This document shows positions 42,459 through 54,280 of a stretch of DNA of 63,823 bases, one piece after another. This DNA is from an uncultured virus (IMG/VR IMGVR_UViG_2860823798_000002) (Duplodnaviria > Heunggongvirae > Uroviricota > Caudoviricetes), in the IMG/VR virus record IMGVR_UViG_2860823798_000002. One strand, written 5' to 3'. How positions within the stretch are numbered: the stretch's first letter is position 1; every line of letters begins with the position of its first letter. Position numbers and translations under genes: made by a program. Under the pieces are notes generated by a model. The model ran no database searches, was not told the DNA's origin, and worked only from the letters and a program-made list of their open reading frames with translations.

Positions 42459-42975
42459 AAGATTTACCCCCTAGGTTTTGATTGTGTTACAAGTCTAGTA
42501 TAGCATGTAAAAATTTAGTAATGTGTGAAGTGTTTGTGAAACTGAATAAAATATCAATTTTAAACAGACTATAAAAGAGAAAGGTAAGTGAATTTGGGAG
42601 AGAATTATTTTAGAGTATTGTGGAATGGAACAAGGGTTAATCTTAAGTTTCCAACTAAACAGAAAGCTATTGCATACATAAACAGAAGAAGAGCATTTAA
42701 TTGTGAGATTCAAGAGCGAACACAAGATCATAAGCTTGTGAACAGTTGGATCATCCATACATATTGATTGGGGGAGGGTACTATCAACTACTACGCTTAT
42801 AATTTCATATTAGATAACTTAGATTTGATCGAGAAAAGACTTGATGATCTTCATACATATCTAGAGAATACTTTTACATATGAGGAAAGAAAAGTGTGGA
42901 ATCGTGCTGACAAGGATTTGATTTTTGCACTTATGAAAATCGAAGAAATTAAAAACGACATTCGCTAATTTTTTA

Positions 42976-43004
42976 TAGACAGACATAAATTAAAAGTATA
43001 TAAT
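42976..43004 (+). promoter_or_regulatory. SPBRE-like promoter, copy 3
   Basis: TAGACA-gacat-AAATTAAAAGTA-TATAAT. Confidence 0.8.
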
Positions 43005-43464
43005 ATTTTCATAGTTAAGAGGTATTTATGAACTACATATGCGATATTTGCAGTGGCTATACAACTCACCCAATGTGCATAAGGATTTCTGATTTCTGAA
43101 GAGAAAGTAAGAACAGCAGAGGACAAAGTTGAAATCAACTGCTGTAAGAAATGTGGTGAGGCTCTTTTCAAAAGAGTTAAAAAAGAGTGCAAAGGGATGA
43201 CAATAAGGAAAACTGTAAACCATTTAAATCTAAATAAACTAATTAAAAGTAATTAAATGGCGTGATTGGGGTTAAGGTGGTCATTGGTTGATTGAAAATG
43301 GGACGGTAAAACACCTAAAGAAACAGGAACGAATTCAATGATTCAACTTCCACTGAATGAAAAGAAATAAGGGAAATAGGGGAGTTATTCCCCTTTGAAA
43401 ATTTCCCAGGCAAGCGCACGTAACGACAAATGTAAACAAAAAGAAAACAAAGGGAGATGAACGT

Positions 43465-43935
43465 ATGCAAACATTAGATGCACCAATTTACGAAGTTAAA
43501 CAGGAGAGCGACTGGTATAGGTCTGAGAAGAAACGAAAAGAAGACATTAACTCATTCTTTGATAAATTTGAAGAAAAGTATGGAGTCAAAGAGGGTTTTT
43601 CGTTTTATCACTCTGAGTATTTCGGAGTCTACGAAGGAACAGAAGCGTATGACGTATTTAAAAACGACATTGTTAAAAATCCAGTAGACGGATTCTATGC
43701 TTTCAAAAAACGATCTAAGTTCTTCAAAGAAATAAAAACTATGATTGAGCAAATTGAAGAAGTGAATCCATTTAGGTCTCATGATGAACTAGGGTTAAAC
43801 AACATGACTGGTCGTCAATGGATAGATGACAGATGGTTCTTTGGAGTTAAAAGTGAAGAACTTGTTAAAGGAGGCAGTGTAGTTGCTATTGATTATAAAG
43901 ATTATCTGAAAATTGTAATGGAGCATTTAGATTAA
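43465..43935 (+). CDS. hypothetical phage protein
   Basis: 156 aa; SD AGGGAG; its stop codon starts palindrome 43933. Confidence 0.75.
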   Translation: MQTLDAPIYEVKQESDWYRSEKKRKEDINSFFDKFEEKYGVKEGFSFYHSEYFGVYEGTEAYDVFKNDIVKNPVDGFYAFKKRSKFFKEIKTMIEQIEEVNPFRSHDELGLNNMTGRQWIDDRWFFGVKSEELVKGGSVVAIDYKDYLKIVMEHLD

Positions 43936-44086
43936 AATTCAAATTTTATTGAGAAGGGAAGAGGGAGTATGAAAGATAAATTAAAAATTGCTGTGCACCA
44001 TATTGAAGTAAATAGAGAGACAATGAGTGATAAGGCAGCACTTGACTTGTTCATTAAAGCAATCAAGAAAATCATAGCAGAAGCGG

Positions 44087-44476
44087 ATGTTTGATTTTAA
44101 GGAGGTGAGATTTTTGAATTTATTCAGTAGAGGTAAAACAAGCACATTCATTAGCGGTAACGGTAAGGTCAATATTAATGGGGTTACATATGAAGGAAAT
44201 AGCATTACGATAACCAATAACGAAGTTCTTATTGATGGGAAGGTTGTAAAGAACTCTGTATCTGGAGTGGTTAAGATTAAAATTGAAGGAAATCCCGCAA
44301 AAGTTTATTCTGATGCTTCTGTTGAAGTAAAGGGTGATGTTTTAGGTGACGTTGATTCTGGAGGAAGTGTAAATTGCGGCAATGTTAAAGGGAATGTAGA
44401 TGCTGGGGGAAGTGTCCGTTGTGGAACTGTAGGCGGAAGTGTAGACGCGGGTGGCAGTGTAAGCATGAGAAGGTGA
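44087..44476 (+). CDS. Gly/Val-rich beta-solenoid-like phage protein
   Basis: Repeated GxVDAGGSVxCG units. Confidence 0.7.
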   Translation: MFDFKEVRFLNLFSRGKTSTFISGNGKVNINGVTYEGNSITITNNEVLIDGKVVKNSVSGVVKIKIEGNPAKVYSDASVEVKGDVLGDVDSGGSVNCGNVKGNVDAGGSVRCGTVGGSVDAGGSVSMRR

Positions 44477-44634
44477 AAGGAGCTGAATAAATGTCGAATG
44501 TGAATATAAAAGATTCTGCTACGATTATTTTTAAAAAGAGTCCATCTGGAGAAACAGTGGATGAAATAAAGGTGGTTACTATGCCGTCGAAGATAGCTGG
44601 TCAAAAGTTTTATTTTAACTAAAAAACAAAAAGG

Positions 44635-45321
44635 GTGATGAAAATGGATTTAAATTTAATTATAAATGACACTCTTACAGAATTAAAAGATCAAGGATAC
44701 ATTGAGAAAATTGTAAGGAAGCAACTTGAAGAAACCATTCAAGATATTATTAAAGATTCTTTTAAAAGTTGGAGTGACTTTGGGAAAGAATTGAAGCAGC
44801 AAGTTCAAGATCAGATACAATTTAATTTAGAAAGTTTGGATATTCCATCTTACAACCAAGTTATTGTAAATATCATAAGAGATGAATTAGAGCGATCTGT
44901 CCATGAGGAAGGGTGAAGACGTATTCAAGAAAGTATCCGGGATATTTTGGGTACTGCAAAAGAAGAATACAAGCTGTCTGAACTTATCAATGAAATCGTA
45001 GAGCAAGATTGTGAACTGAATGAACTGCACTATGATGATTACAAAGAGATCACTGTAATTGTTGAAAATAAATATGGTGGTAAATACATTTATATCGATC
45101 CAGAAGAAGACCAAGACTGGTACAGATGCAAATATCGATTAACACTTGACAACGATTTAACAGTCACACGAGCAGAAATTAATGATAGGGCTTTTGATAA
45201 TAAGACAATCATGGGCGGATTATATGGCGCAGATGCAACTATTTTCAAAATGTGGACTCGTAAATCAAAGTTGATTATCGATAATTATCAGACGAGCTTT
45301 ACCAACCCAGAATATGAGTGA
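44635..45321 (+). pseudogene. gene interrupted by a single in-frame TGA (44914-44916)
   Basis: 44635..44916 and 44947..45321 are in the same frame with only this stop between them. Confidence 0.7.
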
Positions 45322-45585
45322 TTGGTGCCCTACATAGTTTAAATAAAAGGATGATTTTAAAGAAAGAGGAGGAAAGCCCGTGGCTTATGATGAGATTAAT
45401 GGCAAGTTAATTAACCCAAAAGTAAGTGATGTAATTAAAGCATTACAAGATCAACTTGATTTTTACGGCGACACACCAGTTAACTTCAGGATTGATGGTG
45501 AAGAAGCTAGGGATGAGATTCAATTAGATCCATATAAAAATGTTCTTGTGTTGCATTTAGAGGAAGTTTAAGGAGGAAAGCTACA

Positions 45586-45798
45586 ATAGACACATTTGAT
45601 TTTATCGGATGTCATTTTAAACACTATAAAGGTGGCATTTACAAGGTTATTGGAGAGGTTATTCACACTGAAACAGTAGAAAAGCTGGTTACATATGAAG
45701 ACCATGACGGAGTTCTTTGGGCAAGACCTAAAGACATGTTCTTTGGAAAAGTGGTTGTTGATGGTAAAGAGATTAAGAGATTCACAAAAATAAACTAA
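45586..45798 (+). CDS. DUF1653-family protein with ATA start (not in track)
   Basis: HYKGGIYKVIG...HTET...WARP..MF...RF; SD AGGAGG. Confidence 0.75.
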   Translation: MDTFDFIGCHFKHYKGGIYKVIGEVIHTETVEKLVTYEDHDGVLWARPKDMFFGKVVVDGKEIKRFTKIN

Positions 45799-46688
45799 AA
45801 GGATGATGAAAATGAATAAAAAATTTGGTTTATATGTTATGGGATCGCTTGTTAGCACTTATGACGATGCAATTGAAGCTCATAAAGATGCTGTAGTTGC
45901 CCAGGAGGAAAGTGGAGTCCCACATGAGGTGAAAGAACTCCAATAAACCAGGAGGGATGATCATGGAACTTGAAGCTAGACTGAAAATACACAAAGACTC
46001 AGACAATACACATCTACAAGGGAAACTCATCGTAAAACCAAACGGAGAATATGTAAACCTTAAATTTGATGATTGTAGCCGCGAAGTTTCAGTACTGATA
46101 GATGAGTTAAGAACTGTGGTTAATATGGTGGAGTGAGAGGGGACTGTTTATGAGCAATCATTTCAAATTTAAACTGTCAGAAAAGATACTCTCAAATTCT
46201 GATGCTGATTTCAGTAGAACTGTTTTCGAAGCAAAAAGAAGAGGTAACTCTGATTTGTACGATGTAACTAATAACATGTATGATGAAGCGTTTATTTACA
46301 CAAAGACGAATGTAGATCAGTATATCAAAAATGGTGATTGGATTCTAATATAAATAAATTAAAAGGATGATTAGGATGGTAAACGATAAATGGGTAGTTG
46401 TAGTAAAACGTAATGGAGAGCCAAGTAGAGAAGAAGTATACAATAATTTTGTTACAGGAGAAGACATTACATTTACTGATACAGCAGCTGCAGAAGGATT
46501 TGCTAAGAAGATACAAGGAGAAGGAAGAGGCTTTCAAGCAGTAGTTGAGTCATTTGATGTTCATGTGAACACAAAAAGAATGTTTGATGATAGCTTTGTA
46601 GCAACATTAGAAGCAAATAGAGTATCACAAAGCTGAATAAAATCATAATTTTATATACTAATTAAAAGTAATATAAGGAGGAAGGATT

Positions 46689-47036
46689 ATGGGTGCTGCT
46701 AAAAAACTGTATGTGAAAAAAGATCAACTTGTGAGCATTGAAGAAGCTAAAAGTAATATGACAATACATACACCGGAAGGCTATTCTGTCCCTGTAGCAG
46801 TGGGAGAGCTTGTGGCCACCAATCCAAAAGGAGAGCAATACGTAGTACCTAAAAGCTACAGGAACAAATATGTCGAAGTCAAACAATTTAAGGATGCTTC
46901 ATTATACGAGTCAATGGCAAAAGGATATCAAGAAATGGCTGCAATTAATTTAGAAGAGGCAAGCACCGGGTTTTCTGCGGAAAATCAAGCAGAAGAAATC
47001 ACAGAGAAATTTGTTTCAGGAAGTATAAACGAATAA
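46689..47036 (+). CDS. yosL: YosL-like MazE antitoxin mimic fused to an N-terminal beta domain
   Basis: ESMAKGYQEMAAINL...AENQAEE...VSG aligns with the Bacillus MazE C-terminus; immediately upstream of nrdI. Confidence 0.8.
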   Translation: MGAAKKLYVKKDQLVSIEEAKSNMTIHTPEGYSVPVAVGELVATNPKGEQYVVPKSYRNKYVEVKQFKDASLYESMAKGYQEMAAINLEEASTGFSAENQAEEITEKFVSGSINE

Positions 47037-47437
47037 TGCTTGTTACATATGAAAGCATGACAGGTAATGTTAGAAGATTTGTAAGAAAGTTTGAGCAAAA
47101 AATGCAAATTAAAACTATGGAAATCACTGAGGATTTAAAGGTTGATGAGCCATTCATACATATTACATACACAATTAAATTCGGGCAAATTCCTGAAAAA
47201 ACTCAGAAGTTTATACATAATAATAAAGATTTTTTGTACGGGGTTTGTTCAAGTGGGAATCGAAATTGGGGAAGCTATTATGCTGCGGCTGCAGATAAAC
47301 TCTCACAACATTATCAAGTACCAGTACTTCTTAAGTTTGAATTAAGTGGATCAGATTCAGACTTGGACAAGTTAATACAGGAGGTTAAGTTTATTGACAG
47401 TAATCAATCAGGTGCCAAAGTGGGTTCAACTGAATAA
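47036..47437 (+). CDS. nrdI: flavodoxin NrdI
   Basis: SMTGNVRRF; SSGNRNWG; KFELSG. Confidence 0.95.
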   Translation: MLVTYESMTGNVRRFVRKFEQKMQIKTMEITEDLKVDEPFIHITYTIKFGQIPEKTQKFIHNNKDFLYGVCSSGNRNWGSYYAAAADKLSQHYQVPVLLKFELSGSDSDLDKLIQEVKFIDSNQSGAKVGSTE

Positions 47438-50400
47438 CGAAATTATGATTCAAAAAGACGGGAAGTTTCAATTCGAGAAGGACAGGGAAGCTGTGCACAG
47501 TTATTTTGTTGACTATGTTAATCAAAACACTGTCTTCTTTCACGATCTCAAAGAAAAACTGGACTATCTTTTAGAGAATGATTATTACGAAGAAGAGTTT
47601 TTAAGCAAGTATACCTTTGAACAGATTAAAGAAGTGTTCAAATTGGCGTATAGCTTCAAATTCAGATTCCCTTCATTCATGAGTGCATTCAAGTTTTACA
47701 ATGACTATGCCTTGAAGACAAACGATAAAACGAAAATTCTTGAACGATATGAAGATCGAGTGAGCATTGTTGCTTTGTTTTTCGCCAATGGAGATGCTGA
47801 AAAAGCAAAAGAATTCACTTCACTTATGATGAAACAGGAATATCAACCATCAACACCTACATTTCTTAACGCTGGGCGTAAAAGAAGAGGCGAGATGGTC
47901 AGTTGTTTCTTACTTGAAGTCAACGATTCATTGAATGATATTTCAAGAGCTATAGATATTTCAATGCAGCTTTCTAAACTCGGAGGCGGAGTCGCGCTTA
48001 ATTTAAGCAAGATTAGAGCAAAGGGAGAACCTATTAAAGACGTCGAAAATGCCACTAAAGGCGTTGTAGGTGTAATGAAGTTGCTTGACAACGCGTTCCG
48101 CTATGCAGATCAAATGGGTTAATTTGGCCCCTTTCGTCAGTAATGGCGATCGAAAACCTCTTTAATTGCTGGGAACTCCTTATAGGACAATCAGCAGCGA
48201 AGCCTCATTCGAGGAACGTTCAACGACTAGGCAAAAGCCGTAGGCTACAAGCGATTGGTAGTCGAAACTGGAGGCATCCCAATGGGATGAAGATATAGTC
48301 TAATCTTCGTGGTAACATGAAGCTGCCGAAAGGCGGGGCGTGTGTAGCGAACACGTCCGAATAGTCTGCAAAGACAAGGGTCAGGAGCTGCTTATCTTAA
48401 CGTATTTCACCCGGACATCAACGATTTCCTTGATACGAAAAAAATCTCAGCAGATGAGGATGTTAGGGCAAAAACATTATCAATTGGTGTAGTTATTCCA
48501 GATAAATTTATTGAGCTTGCTAGGGAAGATAAAGACTTCTACATGTTCTATCCTTATTCAGTTTATAAGGAATACGGGCAACATTTAGACGAAATGGATA
48601 TTGCAAAAATGTATGATGAACTGGTCGAAAACCCAAATGTCAGAAAGAAAAAAGCGAATGCTCGTAAACTATTAGAAAAGCTTGCAATCTTACGATCAGA
48701 ATCGGGTTATCCTTACCTGATGTTTGCCGACAATGTAAACCGATTCCACGCTAACAGTCATGTTTCGAAGGTTAAATTTTCTAACTTGTGTGTGACGGGA
48801 GATACTCTTCTTTTAACCGAAAATGGGTACGAAAAAGCCTCAGATCTTTATAAAAGTCAAAAAGATTTAAGGGTCGTTATTGACAATCGGACAAAACGGT
48901 TTGACAAGGATTGTAAAGGGACTTCAATTGTGAATGCGATACCTATGCAGCTAACTAAAAAGGACGCAGGTGTTTTTAAAGTTAAAACTAAGCAAGGATT
49001 TGAAATCAGAGCAACAGAGTGGCACAAGTTTTATGTTAAACGAAATAACGAAATACAGAAACTTCAGCTTAACCAACTTGTTCCGGGGGACAAACTACTG
49101 ATTCAGTCAGGTGAAGGGGCATATGGGAATATTCATGAACCTGATCTCGCATATATCATGGGGATTATAGCTGGGGATGGAACCATAACAGATAAGACAG
49201 CGAAGATTTATTTATATGACAATAAAAAGGTGTTGGAACAAAAGGTTAAAGAGAGTGTTCATCTTGTAATTAATAGACATAAAATTAATCGTGTTTATAA
49301 GCACAACACTTCTTTTACTCCAAAATTTAATGCTGCTGATCCAGAGAAACAAGATTTATTATTTATGTCTAGTACAGTGCTCTTTGACATTTTAAATAAA
49401 TATGGAATGACAAAAGATACAAAAACAAGAGTTCCAGAGTTCTTATATCAAGCTGACAAGGAAACACAAGCAGCTTATTTGTCTGGATTGTTTCAAACGG
49501 ATGGTTGTGTAAATGCCAATCATAAAGCGAAGGCACTAACAATTGAATTAACATCAGTTGATTTTGAGAGTTTGCAAGATGTGCAAAAGTTACTCATTAA
49601 TATGGGAGTATATACAACCATTTATACCAATAACAAACGCTCACAGGAGCTTCTCCCTGATGGCCGGGGCGGTTCCAAATTATACAAAGTTAAACCAACT
49701 CACAAGCTTAGTATTCAGGACAGAGCGTCGAGAGAATTGTTCATGAGCATTGTTAATTTGAAAGAATATGATAAGTACAAATTCAACATGTTGACTGAAA
49801 CATTGCAAGCAAAATCACGAAAGCCAAAACATGATTTCACAGCCGAAATTATCAGCATTGAAAAAGATGGGGTAGAGGATGTCTATGACACAACACAAGA
49901 AGATTATCATTCTCTAATTTTTAATGGAATTGTAACTGGTAACTGTTCAGAAGTCCTTCAGGCTTCCCAAGTATCGTCTTACACCGATTACGGAGAAGAG
50001 GACGAAATTGGCTTGGACATTTCATGTAATCTAGGCTCGATTAATATCTTCAACGTCATGAAGAACGATTCAATTAAGAATACAGTTAAATTAGCTATTG
50101 ATGCATTGACTCATGTATCGAATAAAACCAATATTACAAATGCTCCAGCAGTTGCTAAGGCAAATAAGCTTATGAGGTCAGTTGGGCTTGGAGCAATGAA
50201 TCTGCACGGTTTCTTAGCTCAAAATGGTATTGCCTACGAAAGTGAGGAAGCGAGGGACTTCGCGAACACTTTCTTTATGATGATGAACTTTTATTCTCTT
50301 GAGCGTTCAATGGAAATCGCCAAAGAAGCCGGGGAAACATATTACCAGTTTGAAGGCTCTACATACAAATCAGGTGAATATTTCAAGAAATACGAAGAAC

Positions 50401-50903
50401 AAAGCTTTAGTCCAAAGTTTGAAAAGGTAAAAAAACTGTTTGGGCAACAGCATATTCCAACAATTGAAGATTGGAAGCAGCTTAAACAAGCTGTGATGAA
50501 GTATGGCTTATATCATTCTTATAGACAAGCAATAGCTCCTACAGGAAGCATCTCATATGTTCAATCCTCAACAGCTGGTGTCATGCCGATCATGGAGCGG
50601 ATTGAAGAAAGAACATACGGCAACTCCAAGACGTATTATCCGATGCCTGGACTTGCGCCGAGCAACTGGTTCTACTATAAAGAAGCGTATGATATGGACA
50701 TGTTCAGAGTTGTCGACATGATCTCGACGATTCAGCAGCACGTTGACCAAGGCATAAGCTTTACATTGTTCCTGAAAGATACAATGACGACACGCGATCT
50801 GAACCGAATTGACTTGTACGCTCATCACAAAGGGATCAAGACGTTGTACTATGCGCGGACAAAAGACACGGGGCAGGAAGGCTGCCTATCATGTGTGGTT
50901 TAA
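47394..50903 (+). CDS. nrdE: class Ib RNR alpha subunit, exons 47394-48119 and 48369-50903, containing an intein
   Basis: TPTFLNAG; SCFLL; spliced ADQMG-QRQGSG; SNLC-SE; APTGSIS; CLSCVV. Confidence 0.96.
48120..48368 (+). ncRNA. ORF-less group I intron in nrdE (249 nt)
   Basis: Exon ends GGGU and pairs with GCCC; AATCAGCAG, GACTA/TAGTC core; terminal G; frame restored. Confidence 0.93.
48789..49943 (+). mobile_element. 385-aa intein with LAGLIDADG endonuclease in NrdE
   Basis: CVTGDT...TEWH...GIVTGN followed by Cys; motifs MGIIAGDG and LSGLFQTDG. Confidence 0.95.
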
Positions 50904-51554
50904 ATGTGAGTTATCAGATACATTGTGCGCAAGGGAGCAAGGTAAGGTGCCTATACATAGATGTGTTTAGATTTCGCATCCTTACAGTTTATAGTGACAC
51001 GGAGTGGTACACAAAAGGAAAAACAAGAAAAGTTCCAGTGTGGATCAGCGATAATGGACTCTTCTTTTACAGGTTAGCTATCCGGATAGGGATTCCAAAA
51101 ACAAAAAGGAGGTGTTTTGATGATTAATTTTACAAGCAAAGTTTTAGAAATTGCTACGCATTTTTCAGTGTTTTTAATTGTATTTTTAGGTTGTTTAACT
51201 ACCGTAATCATTCTCTTATGTCCAATTTGGCTACTGTTAAACAACATATTATACAAACGGACAAAAGCGTCTATTTATTTTGTATCTTACATTAAAAACA
51301 GACATGCGTTTATGGAGTGGAAGAAAGAGAAAAAGACCAAGGTCTATAAGCCATCAATTAAAAAATAAAGAGGTGCAGATGTGCGGAAGGTTAAAATCGA
51401 GGGCTACGTGATTTACAACGAGGACGAATTAATTCAAGGAACGTGTGTGACGCATGAAATCGATCATTGGTTATTCAACGAAGATATTCCTCGCGAATGG
51501 TCTTTCAGTGCTGTATCAGACGAGGAAGTAGATTATGACGAGGAGGACGAATAA

Positions 51555-52526
51555 TTGACGCAATATACAGCGGCCAACTGGTCGCAGCACGAAGACGGAT
51601 TCACACAAATGTTTTATGAACAGAACGTTAAGCAGTTTTGGCTCCCTGAAGAGATCGCACTTAACGGAGATTTGCTTACATGGGAATACTTAGGGAAAGA
51701 TGAACAAGATACATATATGAAAGTGTTGGCCGGATTAACCTTACTAGACACAGAACAAGGGAATACTGGTATGCCTACAATCGCTGAGCATGTGAAAGGG
51801 CATCAGCGCAAAGCCGTCCTGAATTTCATGGCGATGATGGAGAACGCAGTCCACGCTAAGTCATACAGCAATATCTTTCTCACTTTAGCTCAGATGGAAA
51901 CAATTAATGAAGTCTTTGAATGGGTTAAAAACAATAAGTATCTGCAGAAGAAAGCAAATATTATTGTTTCTGTATACAAACAAATTAAAAGTGATAATGA
52001 ATTGTTGTTGTATAAAGGAATGGTTGCATCTGTATTGCTTGAAAGCTTCCTGTTTTATTCAGGATTTTATTATCCATTGTATTTTTATGGTCAGGGGAAG
52101 TTAATGAACAGCGGAGAAATCATTAATTTGATAATTCGTGACGAGGCACTTCATGGTGTATACACAGGATTGTTGGCTCAGGAAATCTATAATAAACAAA
52201 CTGAAATCAAGAAAAAAGAATTGTATGAATGGGTTATTAACTTGCTGCTCGATCTATATGAAAATGAGCTTGAGTATACCGAAGATGTATATGATCAAGT
52301 TGGGCTAACTCATGATGTAAAAAAGTTTATACGATATAACGCAAATAAAGCCTTAAATAATTTGGGCTTCGACCATTATTTTTATGAAGAAGAAATTAAC
52401 CCAGTTGTGTTGAACGGATTGAGTACAAAAACTAAATCTATGGACTTCTTTAGTCAAAAGGGGAATTCTTACAGGAAGGCTACTGCTGAAGCCTTAAAAG
52501 ATGAGGATTTTTACTTTGGGGATTGA
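51555..52526 (+). CDS. nrdF: class Ib RNR beta subunit (intron-less)
   Basis: [32 protein letters not shown]. Confidence 0.96.
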   Translation: MTQYTAANWSQHEDGFTQMFYEQNVKQFWLPEEIALNGDLLTWEYLGKDEQDTYMKVLAGLTLLDTEQGNTGMPTIAEHVKGHQRKAVLNFMAMMENAVHAKSYSNIFLTLAQMETINEVFEWVKNNKYLQKKANIIVSVYKQIKSDNELLLYKGMVASVLLESFLFYSGFYYPLYFYGQGKLMNSGEIINLIIRDEALHGVYTGLLAQEIYNKQTEIKKKELYEWVINLLLDLYENELEYTEDVYDQVGLTHDVKKFIRYNANKALNNLGFDHYFYEEEINPVVLNGLSTKTKSMDFFSQKGNSYRKATAEALKDEDFYFGD

Positions 52527-53235
52527 AAAAGAACTAGTCGGAAGTGTGTTCTCAAATAACCATGGTCAGAAATATAAGGTTCTACGGGTAAATGGGCAAA
52601 AGAAAAACGGAACAAAATTGTTTAGAATACGATTCATAAAAACCGGATATGAACGAGATGTAGAAAAAGTTGAAATAATTCGTGGAAAAATAAAAGACCG
52701 ATATGAACGATCTGTGTTTGGAGTTGGATATCTTGGTGACGCAAAGATGTCAGATGTGAAAAATGTATACTCCGTTTGGAAGGGGATGCTAGAACGTTGT
52801 TACGATCGTAGTTGCTCACAGTATTCTAACTATGGCGGTTCAGGGATTAGAGTTTGTGAGAGATGGTATTGTTTCAAGAATTTTCTCGAAGATGTTTCAA
52901 AGATAGAAGGATATGATGAGGATCTTTTCAATAACCGAAAGCTCTTTCTCGACAAAGACATAAAACAGCAAAGAACACCGAAAAGCCAAAAGATTTATTC
53001 CCTGGAAACTTGTTGCTTTGTCACTAGGGAAGTCAATAATGCTTATCGAGATTTACCGAATACTCGTGTCCACTTTATAGCTAAATCCCCTGATGGTGAA
53101 ATTATACGAGCAGAAGGACTTCGTCCTTTCTCTGAAAAATACGGACTGCATCGCCCAATAATAAAGAAATGTTTACGAGGGGAACGCTCGAACTATAACG
53201 GATGGACTTTTAAACTGATTAAGGAATCGAATTGA
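52501..53235 (+). CDS. free-standing HNH-like homing endonuclease overlapping the nrdF stop
   Basis: [24 protein letters not shown]...YSLETCCFV...N; true start may be TTG 52516. Confidence 0.75.
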   Translation: MRIFTLGIEKELVGSVFSNNHGQKYKVLRVNGQKKNGTKLFRIRFIKTGYERDVEKVEIIRGKIKDRYERSVFGVGYLGDAKMSDVKNVYSVWKGMLERCYDRSCSQYSNYGGSGIRVCERWYCFKNFLEDVSKIEGYDEDLFNNRKLFLDKDIKQQRTPKSQKIYSLETCCFVTREVNNAYRDLPNTRVHFIAKSPDGEIIRAEGLRPFSEKYGLHRPIIKKCLRGERSNYNGWTFKLIKESN

Positions 53236-53272
53236 AAAAACAAAAGCGCTTAAAGCAAAAGGAGGTATCACT

Positions 53273-53527
53273 ATGATGAAATTAATCAAATTAGAACAGC
53301 CTTCATGCACCCCTTGTCAATTAGTCTCTAATTATCTAAAAGAAAAAGGGATTGAATTTGAGGCGATTGATGTTACTGTACGGCCAGAAGTAGCAGCAGA
53401 GTATGGAGTGATGGGAGTTCCCGTCACTATCCTACTCGATGGAGAAGGTAAAGAAGTAAAACGCAGCAGCGGTTTTAAGCCAAATGAATTAGATGAATTA
53501 ATTTTTAAAATCGAAAACTATAAATAA
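53273..53527 (+). CDS. NrdH/thioredoxin-like redoxin (YosR-like)
   Basis: CTPC motif; GVMGVPV. Confidence 0.88.
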   Translation: MMKLIKLEQPSCTPCQLVSNYLKEKGIEFEAIDVTVRPEVAAEYGVMGVPVTILLDGEGKEVKRSSGFKPNELDELIFKIENYK

Positions 53528-53564
53528 TGGGGTTTTTTTAATGAGAATTAAAAGGGGAGATTGA

Positions 53565-53951
53565 ATGTATTTCATTGAAAAACAAGAAGAATTAATCGGA
53601 AAAGAAATTGCTTATGTCTGGGCAAATCAGTTTTGTGAACAAACAACTATCATTACAAAAGATAAAGGTGTATTTATGGTTTGCCAAGAAGTTGGCTGGG
53701 ACGATGGAGATAAAGAGACAAGAGTATTTTATGCACATGAAGCCAAGGAAATATTATATCCTCTTAGAAGAGAATTGCATACAAAAGGAATCATTGACGA
53801 ATCTGAGTGGGGAGAATATGAAAAAGAATTGAAAAAGAAACAGGAAGCTGAAAGGGAAAGATTCCGTAAAAAACAAGAAGAAAGAGAACGTAAACAGTAT
53901 GAGGAGTTGAAAGCAAAGTTTGAAAATCAGGCAGAGCCAATTAAGGATTAG
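53565..53951 (+). CDS. hypothetical phage protein
   Basis: 128 aa; SD AAGGGGAG. Confidence 0.7.
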   Translation: MYFIEKQEELIGKEIAYVWANQFCEQTTIITKDKGVFMVCQEVGWDDGDKETRVFYAHEAKEILYPLRRELHTKGIIDESEWGEYEKELKKKQEAERERFRKKQEERERKQYEELKAKFENQAEPIKD

Positions 53952-54280
53952 GGGGAATAAAAAATATCTAAGTGGAAAGTTGATTTTTTTATTGAAGAAT
54001 TAACCGATCTTGATTTTTTCTATCCAACTACTGTAAGCTCGCATACGAAATTAGATTTGAATATTGTCTTTGAAAGACTTATGGAATTAACACTTGATTG
54101 CAAACTAGCATTGAAATTTGAATGGAGGACAGAGGAAGGCACTAAGATTCTTGATTTGGATAGATTCAATAATCTGTTTAAATTAGAGAGGCATGATCAA
54201 ATACCTCTACATGAATTATATCCTGTGTTTCAAGTTTCTGAAGAAAATAAAAGACACTTAAATAAAAGGAGATCGAAAAA

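Noticed and set aside
43200..43445. Possible sRNA or type I toxin-antitoxin in a gap with a GGGGAG/TTCCCC hairpin
   Set aside because: No convincing hydrophobic toxin ORF or recognisable RNA family; needs Rfam or RNA-seq.
47394..48543. nrdE as truncated at 48122
   Set aside because: The stop is the first codon of the group I intron.
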